Source: Roseovarius sp.
GTDB lineage: Bacteria > Pseudomonadota > Alphaproteobacteria > Rhodobacterales > Rhodobacteraceae
Assembly: GCA_040222155.1 (NCBI GenBank)
Contig: JAVKDQ010000074.1
Location: 1,946 to 65,945 of the forward strand
Direction of reading: 5' to 3'
DNA length: 64,000 bases
Shown: positions 39,332 through 48,679 of the stretch, one piece after another
How positions within the stretch are numbered: the first letter of the stretch is position 1
Layout: each line of letters starts with the position of its first letter
Notes under the pieces: model-generated
Seen by the model: only the letters and a program-made list of their open reading frames with translations
Databases searched by the model: none
Told to the model about the DNA's origin: nothing
Program-made: the position numbers and the translations under genes

Positions 39332-39805
39332 ATGACCAAGACGCTTTCCACCCTTGTTGCCGCGGCTGCCCTTGCGGCGACACCGCTTGCCGCGCTGGCC
39401 GATGACCTCGATGTCATCCGAAGCTTCTATGCCGATCTGCTCACAACCCCCGCGGATGCCACCGGAGAAATGGTGCGCAGCGTCGTTGCGGAAGATTGGG
39501 TGTCGATCCCTACCCCGCGCGGAGGCGAGGGAGCCGAAGGGCTGGTGAAGACGCTGGCGGCATTCGGCGAAGTCGTGCCCGACCTGACATGGGAGCCGCA
39601 GGAGATCCTGCAGGACGGGAACCGTTACATCGTGCGCGGCAAGGCCACCGGCACGCCCGCGGTGCCCTTTCTCGGGATAGACCCCTCGGGCAAGAGCTTC
39701 GAGATCATGTCGATCGACATTCACACCGTCGAAAATGGCCGGATCGTGCAGAGCTACCACGTCGAAGAATGGCTCACGGCGAAATACCAGCTTCAGGCGG
39801 AGTGA
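39332..39805 (+). CDS. exported SnoaL-like/ester cyclase (NTF2-like) protein
   Basis: AAGGAG SD; signal peptide; VPDLTWEPQEIL, TGTPAVPFLG, SGKSFEIMSIDIHTVENGRIVQSYHVEEW. Confidence 0.85.
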   Translation: MTKTLSTLVAAAALAATPLAALADDLDVIRSFYADLLTTPADATGEMVRSVVAEDWVSIPTPRGGEGAEGLVKTLAAFGEVVPDLTWEPQEILQDGNRYIVRGKATGTPAVPFLGIDPSGKSFEIMSIDIHTVENGRIVQSYHVEEWLTAKYQLQAE

Positions 39806-39964
39806 GCTCGAGGCGATTCGCCGAATGACATCGGGATGGGGCCGTACAAGAGAGTGCGGCCCTTTCCCTTTCGGGCGCAAATGCGGCCGGAGCGAAAGAA
39901 ACACATCGGGCGAATCGCTGGTGAAACCTGCATTTTTTGGAGGTGCTGATTTTTTCCGGCGTGG

Positions 39965-39980
39965 TTTACCGGCGATTAAC
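39965..39980 (+). promoter_or_regulatory. CtrA-like box TTTA-N7-TTAAC upstream of dprA
   Basis: One mismatch to TTAA-N7-TTAAC, about 42 bp before the dprA ATG. Confidence 0.6.
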
Positions 39981-40022
39981 CACCCGTGCGGTAGCAAGAT
40001 GGGGCAAGCAGGCGGAGCCACG

Positions 40023-41345
40023 ATGTTCGAGGACAAACATCCTTCCACTCACCCCCCACACCCACCCACCACGGAAGATGATCGGATATCGTGGCTGCGC
40101 CTGCTTCGCTCCCGTCGAGTCGGGCCGCAGACCTTTCACAGGCTGATGGCCGAGCATGGCAGCGCCGCAAGATCTCTCGAGGCGCTGCCCGAGGTCGCCA
40201 GGGCCGCAGGCGTCACAAGCTACAGCCCTGCCCCGCCAGAATTGGCCATTGCCGAACTCCAAACCGCCCGCGCCATCGGCGCGCACATGCTCTGCATCGG
40301 TGCGCCCGGCTACCCTGCCCTGCTGGCCCAAACCGAGGATGCGCCGCCCGTGCTCTGGGCGTTGGGCTGCCTCTCGGTGCTGGATAAACCGCGCGTGAGC
40401 TTCGTGGGTGCGCGCAACGCCTCTTCACTCGGCATGCGGATGACCCGGATGCTGGCCGGAGATCTGGCCGAGCAAGGCTTCGCCATCGTGTCCGGCCTTG
40501 CCCGTGGGATCGACACCGCCGCACATCTGGCAAGTCTCGAGGAAGGCACCATCGCCGTGATGGCCGGCGGGGTAGACGTGATTTACCCGGCAGAAAACGT
40601 GCGGCTCGGGGAAGATATCCTGCGCCATGGGCTCAGAGTGTCGGAACACCCCTTCGGCGTTGTGCCGCAGGCCCGCCATTTCCCGTCGCGCAACCGTATC
40701 ATCAGCGCGCTCTCGCCCGCCACCGTTGTGGTGGAAGCCGCAGCGAAATCCGGCTCGCTCATCACCGCCCGCGCCGCGCTCGACCAGGGGCGGGAGGTTA
40801 TGGCAGTGCCCGGTCACCCGTTCGAGCCGCGCGCGGCCGGCTGCAACATGCTCCTGCGCGATGGCGGCATCCTCGTGCGCTCGGCGCAGGATGTGATCGA
40901 GGCGCTGCCCACGCGGACTCACGCGCAAGCAGCGGCACCGGAAGAGGCGGCGGCACCAGCAGAAGACGGAGCCTACCACGCGTCATCCGATGCTCCGCCT
41001 CCAAGTGGTACGGCCGCCATGACCGCCGCGGGAGGTGCGAATTCGGCGCCGCAGGCCCCAGCTCCCTCCCGCAGCCTGCGCGACACCGCCGCGCTGCATG
41101 ACGAGATTCTGCGCCGGCTCAGCGCAACGCCGCTCGCGGAAGATCAGCTCATTCGCGACATGGGCACGCCCGCCGCGCGGCTCACCCCTTCGATTTCGGA
41201 ACTCGAGCTCTCCGGGCTGATCACGCGACATCCGGGCGGGCTGATTTCGCGCGCCGATCTCGGGCCGGACAGGGCGACGCGAGCACCGCGCCGCGCCGCA
41301 ACTCAAACCCGCCGGACCGGTGCGCAAAAGGCTCCCGCAAGCTGA
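40023..41345 (+). CDS. dprA: DNA-processing protein DprA
   Basis: WLRLLRSRRVGP, VGARNAS, VSGLARGIDTAAH, HFPSRNRIISAL, VEAAAKSGSLITA, VPGHP; C-terminal winged helix; alternative start at 39999. Confidence 0.93.
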   Translation: MFEDKHPSTHPPHPPTTEDDRISWLRLLRSRRVGPQTFHRLMAEHGSAARSLEALPEVARAAGVTSYSPAPPELAIAELQTARAIGAHMLCIGAPGYPALLAQTEDAPPVLWALGCLSVLDKPRVSFVGARNASSLGMRMTRMLAGDLAEQGFAIVSGLARGIDTAAHLASLEEGTIAVMAGGVDVIYPAENVRLGEDILRHGLRVSEHPFGVVPQARHFPSRNRIISALSPATVVVEAAAKSGSLITARAALDQGREVMAVPGHPFEPRAAGCNMLLRDGGILVRSAQDVIEALPTRTHAQAAAPEEAAAPAEDGAYHASSDAPPPSGTAAMTAAGGANSAPQAPAPSRSLRDTAALHDEILRRLSATPLAEDQLIRDMGTPAARLTPSISELELSGLITRHPGGLISRADLGPDRATRAPRRAATQTRRTGAQKAPAS

Positions 41346-41537
41346 ACCACTCGATGCCACAGGGCGCGGCCGGTCGGGCCCGGAGACCCGCAAGCGCCCG
41401 ACCCTGAGCACCTGCGGAGGTTCTATCCTCTACCCGAGGCCACTGCCACGCGCATTGACATTCCCACTTGCAAGCCCACATCTTGCCCCGCCATAACCGC
41501 CGCCTGAGTCGGGCCGTGTGAGCCGGAAGGAGTTTCC

Positions 41538-44051
41538 ATGCCAGTTGTCGTTGTCGAGTCCCCGGCCAAAGCGAAGACAATCAACAAGTACCTGGGATCC
41601 GATTACACGGTTCTGGCCTCCTACGGCCACGTCCGCGACCTGCCCCCGAAGGATGGCTCCGTCGACCCAGAGAACGGCTTCGAGATGACGTGGGAGGTGG
41701 GCGCCGACAGCCGAAAGCACGTCAAGGCGATCGCCGACGCGCTGAAGGACGACAATGCCCTCATCCTCGCCACCGACCCCGACCGCGAGGGCGAGGCGAT
41801 CAGCTGGCACCTCGAGGAGACCCTGCGCAAGCGCAAGGCGATCAGGAAAGATACCCCTGTCAGCCGGGTGGTCTTCAACGCGATCACCAAGTCCGCTGTG
41901 ACCGAGGCGATGAAGAACCCGCGCGATGTGGATGACAGCCTCGTGGAGGCCTATCTCGCCCGCCGCGCGCTCGACTATCTCGTGGGCTTCAACCTCTCGC
42001 CCGTGCTCTGGCGAAAGCTGCCCGGCGCGCGCTCGGCGGGCCGCGTGCAATCCGTCTGCCTGCGCCTGATCGTCGAGCGCGAGATGGAGATCGAGGCGTT
42101 TCAGGCGCGCGAATACTGGTCGGTCAAGGCGCTGATGGCCACACCGCGCGGGCAGGAATACGAGGCGCGGCTCGTAAGCTACGCCGGCAAGAAGCTCGAC
42201 AAGTACGATCTGGCGACAGAGCATCAGGCGTCACTCGCCGTGAAGGCGGTTGAAAGCCGCGATCTGACGGTGAAGGCGGTGGAGGCCAAGCCCACGAGCC
42301 GCAACCCCTCCGCGCCCTTCATGACATCGACGCTCCAGCAGGAGGCCTCCCGCAAGTTCGGCATGGGCGCGCGCCAGACGATGAGCGCGGCGCAACGGCT
42401 CTACGAGGCTGGCCTCATCACCTACATGCGGACCGACGGGATCGACATGGCCCCCGAGGCCGTGATGGCCGCGCGCGACGCCATCAAGGATCGCTACGGC
42501 GAGGAATACATCCCGAGCTCTCCGCGCATGTACAAGAACAAGGCGAAGAACGCGCAGGAGGCGCATGAGTGCATCCGCCCTACAGACATGACGCGCGACG
42601 CCGCCAAGATCCGCGTCTCCGACCCTGACCAGCGCAAGCTCTACGATCTCATCTGGAAGCGCACGCTCGCCTGCCAGATGGCCGCGGCCCGGCTCGAGCG
42701 TACCACGGTCGATATCGAAAGCGCCGACGGACAGGTCGACCTGCGCGCCACGGGCCAGGTCGTGCTCTTCGACGGATTTCTCAAGGTCTACGAGGAAGGC
42801 CGCGATGATGTGGAGAGCGAAGACGACAAGCGCCTGCCGCAGATCATGGAGGGCGAGAAGGCAGAGAAGCGCGGCGTGATGTCCGAGCAGCATTTCACCC
42901 AGCCTCCGCCGCGCTACACCGAGGCGACACTGGTGAAGAAGATGGAAGAGCTGGGCATCGGGCGCCCCTCGACCTATGCCTCGATCGTGACCACGATCCA
43001 GGATCGCGAATATGTGCGGAAGGAAAAGAACCGGCTCATCCCGGAAGACAAGGGCCGGATCGTCACCATCTTCCTGCTGAACTTCTTCCGCAAATACGTC
43101 GGCTACGAGTTCACCGCCAACCTCGAGGAAGAACTCGACGTGATCAGCGCGGGCGAGGCCGATTACAAGAAGGTGCTGGCCGAGTTCTGGCGCGATTTCT
43201 CCGCCGCCATCGCCGAAACCTCCGAGTTGCGCATCTCCGAGGTGCTCGACAAGCTCGACGCCGCCCTCGCCCCCCAGCTTTACCCGCCCCGCGAGGACGG
43301 CTCCGACCCGCGCTCCTGCCCGCTCTGCGGCGAGGGCTCGCTCCATCTCAAGACCTCGCGCACCGGCGGCTTCGTAGGCTGCTCGCGTTACCCCGAATGC
43401 CGCTACACCCGCCCCATCGGCGGCGAGGAGCAGGGCGGCGACCGCGTACTGGGCGAGGACAATGGCGAGGAGATCAGCCTGCGCACGGGTCGCTTCGGCC
43501 CTTACGTGCAGCGCGGCGAGGTGACCGAAGACGTGAAGAAACCGCCCCGCGCCAGCTTGCCCAAGGGCTGGGCGCCCGATGACATGGATCTCGAGAAGGC
43601 GCTGTTGCTCCTGAGCCTGCCGCGCGAAGTGGGCCCGCATCCCGAAGACGGCGAGATGGTCGAAGCGGGCATCGGTCGCTACGGGCCCTATGTCAAGCAC
43701 GGTCGGCTCTATGCCAACCTCAAGGAGGCCGACGAGGTTTTCACCATCGGCATGAACCGCGCGGTGGAGGAGCTTGCCAAGAAGGCCGCGTCCCGCGGCA
43801 AGGGTCGCGGTGCCGCCGCCAAGCCGCTCAGGGAGCTGGGCGAGCATCCCGAAAGCGGTGGCGCGGTCAACGTGATGGATGGCCGCTACGGCCCTTACGT
43901 GAAATGGGAGAAGGTCAACGCCACTCTGCCCAAGGGCACCGAGCCGGGCGATGTGACGATGGAAATGGCTGTCGCGCTGATCGCCGAGAAAGCCGCCAAG
44001 GGTGGCAAGAAAGCGCCTGCACGCAAGAAGAAGGCCTCCGCCGGAAAATGA
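41538..44051 (+). CDS. topA: DNA topoisomerase I
   Basis: VVVESPAKAKTI, ATDPDREGEAI, SAGRVQS, LITYMRTD, GIGRPSTYA; C-terminal repeats. Confidence 0.97.
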   Translation: MPVVVVESPAKAKTINKYLGSDYTVLASYGHVRDLPPKDGSVDPENGFEMTWEVGADSRKHVKAIADALKDDNALILATDPDREGEAISWHLEETLRKRKAIRKDTPVSRVVFNAITKSAVTEAMKNPRDVDDSLVEAYLARRALDYLVGFNLSPVLWRKLPGARSAGRVQSVCLRLIVEREMEIEAFQAREYWSVKALMATPRGQEYEARLVSYAGKKLDKYDLATEHQASLAVKAVESRDLTVKAVEAKPTSRNPSAPFMTSTLQQEASRKFGMGARQTMSAAQRLYEAGLITYMRTDGIDMAPEAVMAARDAIKDRYGEEYIPSSPRMYKNKAKNAQEAHECIRPTDMTRDAAKIRVSDPDQRKLYDLIWKRTLACQMAAARLERTTVDIESADGQVDLRATGQVVLFDGFLKVYEEGRDDVESEDDKRLPQIMEGEKAEKRGVMSEQHFTQPPPRYTEATLVKKMEELGIGRPSTYASIVTTIQDREYVRKEKNRLIPEDKGRIVTIFLLNFFRKYVGYEFTANLEEELDVISAGEADYKKVLAEFWRDFSAAIAETSELRISEVLDKLDAALAPQLYPPREDGSDPRSCPLCGEGSLHLKTSRTGGFVGCSRYPECRYTRPIGGEEQGGDRVLGEDNGEEISLRTGRFGPYVQRGEVTEDVKKPPRASLPKGWAPDDMDLEKALLLLSLPREVGPHPEDGEMVEAGIGRYGPYVKHGRLYANLKEADEVFTIGMNRAVEELAKKAASRGKGRGAAAKPLRELGEHPESGGAVNVMDGRYGPYVKWEKVNATLPKGTEPGDVTMEMAVALIAEKAAKGGKKAPARKKKASAGK

Positions 44052-44072
44052 GTCTTCCTGCGCTCCGCGCGG

Positions 44073-44136
44073 GAGGTATTTGAACCAAGAAGAAGAGCCG
44101 GGCGCGCGCCCCTGCTTCTTCTTGGCTGAAATACTC
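44073..44136. repeat. inverted pair of the TATTT-N4-CAAGAAGAAG repeat family
   Basis: GAGGTATTTGAACCAAGAAGAAG (44073-44095) and CTTCTTCTTGGCTGAAATACTC (44115-44136). Confidence 0.75.
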
Positions 44137-44243
44137 ACGGCATAGGTAGAAACCCGTAATTCCGTTCGATCCTTCGGGACCGGGCGTTGACAGGCATGCA
44201 AGCGGGGCATCATATCGGGGCAAAATTCAGGAGGGTTACTCAG

Positions 44244-44939
44244 ATGAGCAAGATCTACGGGTCCGCCGCGGAAGCGCTGGACGGGCTTCTGGAGGACGGC
44301 ATGCTGATCGCCTCGGGGGGCTTTGGCCTCTGTGGCATCCCAGAGCTGCTGCTCAAGGCCATTCAGGACTCGGGTGTGAAGAATCTCACCTTCGCCTCGA
44401 ACAATGCGGGCGTCGACGATTTCGGCATCGGTATCCTGTTGCAGACGAAGCAGGTGAAGAAGATGATGAGCTCCTACGTAGGCGAGAATGCCGAGTTCAT
44501 GCGGCAATATCTCTCGGGCGAACTCGAGATCGAGTTCAACCCGCAAGGAACCCTCGCCGAGCGGATGCGCGCGGGTGGTGCGGGCATTCCGGGCTTCTAT
44601 ACCAAGACAGGCGTGGGCACCCAGGTGGCCGAGGGCAAGGAACACAAGGAGTTCGACGGCGAGACCTACGTGCTCGAGCGTGGCATCTTCGCCGATCTGT
44701 CCATCGTCAAGGCGTGGAAGGCCGACGAGACCGGCAACGCGATCTTCCGCAAGACCGCGCGCAACTTCAACCCGCCTGCGGCGATGTGCGGGCGCACCTG
44801 TGTGATGGAGGTGGAGGAGATCGTACCTGTGGGTAGCCTCGACCCCGACCATATCCATCTGCCCGGCGTCTACGTGCATCGCCTGATCCAGGGCGAGCAC
44901 GAGAAGCGCATCGAGCAACGCACCGTTAGGGAGGCCTGA
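44244..44939 (+). CDS. scoA: 3-oxoacid CoA-transferase subunit A
   Basis: [44 protein letters not shown]. Confidence 0.93.
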   Translation: MSKIYGSAAEALDGLLEDGMLIASGGFGLCGIPELLLKAIQDSGVKNLTFASNNAGVDDFGIGILLQTKQVKKMMSSYVGENAEFMRQYLSGELEIEFNPQGTLAERMRAGGAGIPGFYTKTGVGTQVAEGKEHKEFDGETYVLERGIFADLSIVKAWKADETGNAIFRKTARNFNPPAAMCGRTCVMEVEEIVPVGSLDPDHIHLPGVYVHRLIQGEHEKRIEQRTVREA

Positions 44940-44942
44940 GAC

Positions 44943-45569
44943 ATGCCGTGGGATCGTAACCAAATGGCGGCGCGCGCCGCGCAGGAGCTGGAAGACGGCA
45001 CCTATGTGAACCTCGGTATCGGCATCCCGACGCTGGTGCCCAACTACATCCCCGAGGGCGTGCATGTGACGCTGCAATCGGAGAACGGGATGCTGGGCAT
45101 GGGCCCCTTCCCGATCGCGGGCGAGGAAGACCCCGACCTGATCAATGCCGGCAAGCAGACGATCACGGAGTTGCCTCACACCTCCTATTTCGACAGCGCC
45201 ACGAGCTTCGGCATGATCCGGGGAGGCAAGATCGCAATGGCGATTCTCGGCGCAATGGAAGTGGCGGAGAACGGCGACCTCGCGAACTGGATGATTCCCG
45301 GCAAGCTGGTGAAGGGCATGGGCGGCGCGATGGATCTTGTTGCCGGCGTGCGCCGCGTGGTGGTGGTGATGGACCACACCAACAAAGCGGGCGAAAGCAA
45401 GCTGCTGAAGGAATGCACCCTGCCGTTGACCGGCGCGGGCGTGGTCAACCGGATCATCACCAATCTCGGCGTGCTCGATGTGGTCGAAGGCGGGCTGAAG
45501 ATCGTGGAGACGGCGCCGGACGTGACCGAAGCTGAACTACGCGAGAAGACCGAGGCGACCATCGTCTGA
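44943..45569 (+). CDS. scoB: 3-oxoacid CoA-transferase subunit B
   Basis: [28 protein letters not shown]. Confidence 0.93.
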   Translation: MPWDRNQMAARAAQELEDGTYVNLGIGIPTLVPNYIPEGVHVTLQSENGMLGMGPFPIAGEEDPDLINAGKQTITELPHTSYFDSATSFGMIRGGKIAMAILGAMEVAENGDLANWMIPGKLVKGMGGAMDLVAGVRRVVVVMDHTNKAGESKLLKECTLPLTGAGVVNRIITNLGVLDVVEGGLKIVETAPDVTEAELREKTEATIV

Positions 45570-45615
45570 AGGCGCGAGCCGCCCCGGGGCTGCTCCCGGG
45601 GCGTGCCATTGCAGC

Positions 45616-46470
45616 TCAGTTCGCGGCGAGGTTCAGCGCGCAGGCATCGGTGACGAGTTCGGGCCGCGTCTTGCAAAGGCCGCGCGCCACGTCGAAGGCG
45701 GCGAGCACCTTGGGCACGTAATCGCGGGTTTCGGCGAAGGGAGGCACGCCCTCGTGCTTTTTCACGGAGCCCTCGCCCGCATTGTAGCCCGCCAGCGCCA
45801 GAACCGCGTCGCCTTTGAACTCGCCCAGAAGCCAGTCGAGATATTTCACGCCGCCCGCGATGTTCTGGGCGGGGGACAGGCTGTCGGTAACGCCGAAGCG
45901 GGTTGCGGTATCCGGCATGAGCTGCATGAGCCCCTGCGCGCCCTTGTGGCTTTCGGCCTCCACGCGCCCGCCCGACTCGACGGCGATCACCGCCAGCACC
46001 AGCGCGGGCGAAACGCGCGTGCCCACCGTGGCGCGCAATATGTTGGCGCCCTGCGCGCTGGCAATGGTCTGCAGGGTCTGCAGCCGCGGCCCACCCACCC
46101 TTGCACCGCCGGGGCCCTTGTCGAGGCTGTCGAAGGCCGCGAGCATACGCGCGGCAGGGTCGGCGCCAAGTGCGGGGGGCACCTTGTTCCAATACCAGCC
46201 ATAGGCGCCGAGCGGCGCGAGCGCGGCGGTTGCGGCGCCGGTTGTAGACTGGCCCGCCTGCGGTTTCGCGGGCAACTCAGGCACGGCAGGATTCGCCCGA
46301 GGGGCGATCTGCACGGTGATCAGCTTGCGCTGTCCGGCCTTGGGCGGCTTTTCCATCTTGAAGGTGAAATCGGGATAGGCGGGAGGATCGGCGAGGCCCG
46401 GCACGGGCGCCAGCAGCCCCGCAAGGGCCGCCGCGACGAACGCGGGGGTTCGGATGATCTGCAACAACAC
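45616..46470 (-). CDS. lytic transglycosylase (SLT family), divergent from the Tad locus
   Basis: AVESGG (catalytic Glu), GAQGLMQLMP, AGYNAGEG, PFAETRDYV; GTG start. Confidence 0.9.
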   Translation of the reverse strand: MLLQIIRTPAFVAAALAGLLAPVPGLADPPAYPDFTFKMEKPPKAGQRKLITVQIAPRANPAVPELPAKPQAGQSTTGAATAALAPLGAYGWYWNKVPPALGADPAARMLAAFDSLDKGPGGARVGGPRLQTLQTIASAQGANILRATVGTRVSPALVLAVIAVESGGRVEAESHKGAQGLMQLMPDTATRFGVTDSLSPAQNIAGGVKYLDWLLGEFKGDAVLALAGYNAGEGSVKKHEGVPPFAETRDYVPKVLAAFDVARGLCKTRPELVTDACALNLAAN

Positions 46471-46820
46471 TGCTCTGCCTCGAAGTATTTTTTCCGAGGC
46501 TACCTGAAAAATCCCTTGCTTTCACGGTTTTTGTTCGAACGCGGGAAACGCATTCCCTTCAAAAGCGTTACCGATTTTGCCGCAAAGACCTCCTAAAAAG
46601 CAAAAAATGAAATTTCTTTTTCAACTATATCAATGACTTAATTGTGCATTTGGGTAAAATACGCGGATTCACAAAATGCCTCCAATGATGCCCAAATCCT
46701 GCCCGAATCCACTGGCTATATCTGCTCATACCGCAAGGGACGAGGGCCTAAGAGAGAGGCGGCCCGGTGAGCCCCAAGCGGTTGGCAACTGAAGCTAATG
46801 ATCCTTTGGAGGGACCTAAA

Positions 46821-47009
46821 ATGATCAAGTTCATCAAAAAATTCCGCAACGAAGAAGAAGGCGCAGTGACGGTTGACTGGGTCGTGCTGACCGCAGCAGT
46901 CGTGGGCCTCGGCGTGGCCGGCGTTTCCACCGTTCAGTCGGGCGTGAACACGCTGTCCAGCACCATCCAGACCGGCGTGTCGGGCAAAACCGTTTCGAAC
47001 GGCGACTAA
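46821..47009 (+). CDS. flp: Flp/type IVc pilin 1
   Basis: GGAGGG SD; leader ending EEEG followed by AVTVDWVVLTAAVVGLG hydrophobic helix. Confidence 0.88.
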   Translation: MIKFIKKFRNEEEGAVTVDWVVLTAAVVGLGVAGVSTVQSGVNTLSSTIQTGVSGKTVSNGD

Positions 47010-47221
47010 TCTGGATAAGGCGATACGCCTTCGAAAGCTTGCAGTGGCCGCGGAACCTCAGGTTCGCGGCCATTTGCCCATCAGGATTGGCACGATCCAT
47101 GTGCGATTTGGGGCACTCGACCCGCCGGAAATTCAAGACAACGGCCAAGGCCAGGGTTGTTTGAACCGCTTTATCATGTGTGACGGTCGGCCTTTCGGTC
47201 TGACGTAGAGTGGTGACCCCA

Positions 47222-47431
47222 ATGAAAAACCGCATCAAGTTTCTGAGCCGCAGCATCAAGGCCCGCCTCGAAGACGAGGAGGGCGCCGTTTCGGTCGATT
47301 GGGTGGTGCTCACGGCAGCCATCGTCGGCGTGGCGGCTGGCACGGCCTCGACGATCTCCGGCGCGATCTCGACGCTGGGTGGCAGCGTCGGCACCGAGCT
47401 CACCGACAAGACGGTGGAAAACGGCGACTGA
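47222..47431 (+). CDS. flp: Flp/type IVc pilin 2
   Basis: Leader ending DEEG followed by AVSVDWVVLTAAIVG; shares the C-terminal NGD with pilin 1. Confidence 0.85.
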   Translation: MKNRIKFLSRSIKARLEDEEGAVSVDWVVLTAAIVGVAAGTASTISGAISTLGGSVGTELTDKTVENGD

Positions 47432-47587
47432 CGATTGGCGCTCCGCGCCGGCCACCGGCACGCGGCTAAGAGACGCCAAACAGTCATTCCCCTTCCACCA
47501 TTTCGCCATATTGGCAGGGCATGACTCCCTGTGGAAATTCGGGGCATCCCCTGCCCCGAAAAGAGAGCAGTTGAAGAGGTAAAGGCG

Positions 47588-48460
47588 ATGCGTTTGGTTT
47601 TCGGACTCGTACTTGTGCTCGGGCTCGGCCTTGCCGGGTTCGCCGTGTACATGGCCAAGACATATATCGAAGCCTATCAAACCGAACTTGCCAAGGAACG
47701 CGAGAACCGCGATCCGGGCATCGACACGGTAGATGTCTTCGTGGCGAAGAAATCGCTCGAATACGGGCAGAAGCTCAAACCCGAGGACGTGGCGCTCAAG
47801 CCCTTCCCGCGGATGTCTCTGCCCGAGGGCGTGTTCAAGGCCGAGGCGGAACTCTTCCCCGAGGGAGAGGCGCGCCCGCGTTACATGCTGCGTTCGGTGG
47901 AGCGTAACGAGGCGATTCTCGCCGTGAAGGTGACCGAGCCGGGCGAGGAGGCGGGAATCACATCGCAACTCGAGCGCGGCATGCGCGCCTTTGCCATCAA
48001 CGTGGATGTCTCGAGCGGCGTGTCTGGCTTTTTGCGCCCCGGTGACCGCGTGGATATCTACTGGTCGGGTCAGGCCGCGCGTACGGGCGGCGAACGTGTG
48101 GAAGTGGGCCAGGCCGGCGGCGTGACGAAGCTCATCGAAACAAACATCCGGCTCATCGCCGTGGATCAGGTGGCCAATACAGACACCGCCGAGGCGATCA
48201 TCGCACGCACCGTGACGGTGGCGGTCAAGCCGCAGCAGGTGGCCGCGCTGGCGCAGGCACAATCGACGGGCCGGCTCTCGCTGGCGCTTGTGGGCGCGGA
48301 TGACGACTCGGTCGCGGAAGTGATCCAGGTGGATCAGCGCAGCCTTCTGGGCATCGAGGAGCAGGTGGTAGAAGCCGCACCCGAGCGCGAAAAGGTCTGC
48401 ACGATCCGCACCCGCCGCGGCGCGGAAGTGATCGAAACACCGATCCCCTGCACCAACTGA
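47588..48460 (+). CDS. cpaB: Flp pilus assembly protein CpaB/RcpC
   Basis: N-terminal TM; SAF domain; GMRAFAINVDVSSGVSGFLRPGDRVDI. Confidence 0.92.
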   Translation: MRLVFGLVLVLGLGLAGFAVYMAKTYIEAYQTELAKERENRDPGIDTVDVFVAKKSLEYGQKLKPEDVALKPFPRMSLPEGVFKAEAELFPEGEARPRYMLRSVERNEAILAVKVTEPGEEAGITSQLERGMRAFAINVDVSSGVSGFLRPGDRVDIYWSGQAARTGGERVEVGQAGGVTKLIETNIRLIAVDQVANTDTAEAIIARTVTVAVKPQQVAALAQAQSTGRLSLALVGADDDSVAEVIQVDQRSLLGIEEQVVEAAPEREKVCTIRTRRGAEVIETPIPCTN

Positions 48461-48679
48461 GCGCATGCTCGAAGAGCCAAGGCGCCGGTTCACCCTGGCG
48501 CCTTTTGCCGTTTCAACAGGCTAAAACGGGTCTCTTTCTGGCAACGCATGCCGGAAAACACCGTGGAAGAAAGCGCTCAGGCCATTGATTCTTGCAAAAA
48601 ATTCCAAATTGCCCCATGTTTGCGACAAATGCGGGCAAAAAGACCCGCGAGATGAGGCGTGATCGGAAAGGCAGGTCAC

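Noticed and set aside
46636-46655. CtrA box upstream of the pilin (TTAA-N7-TTTG)
   Set aside because: The second half-site has two mismatches in an AT-rich tract; too weak to call
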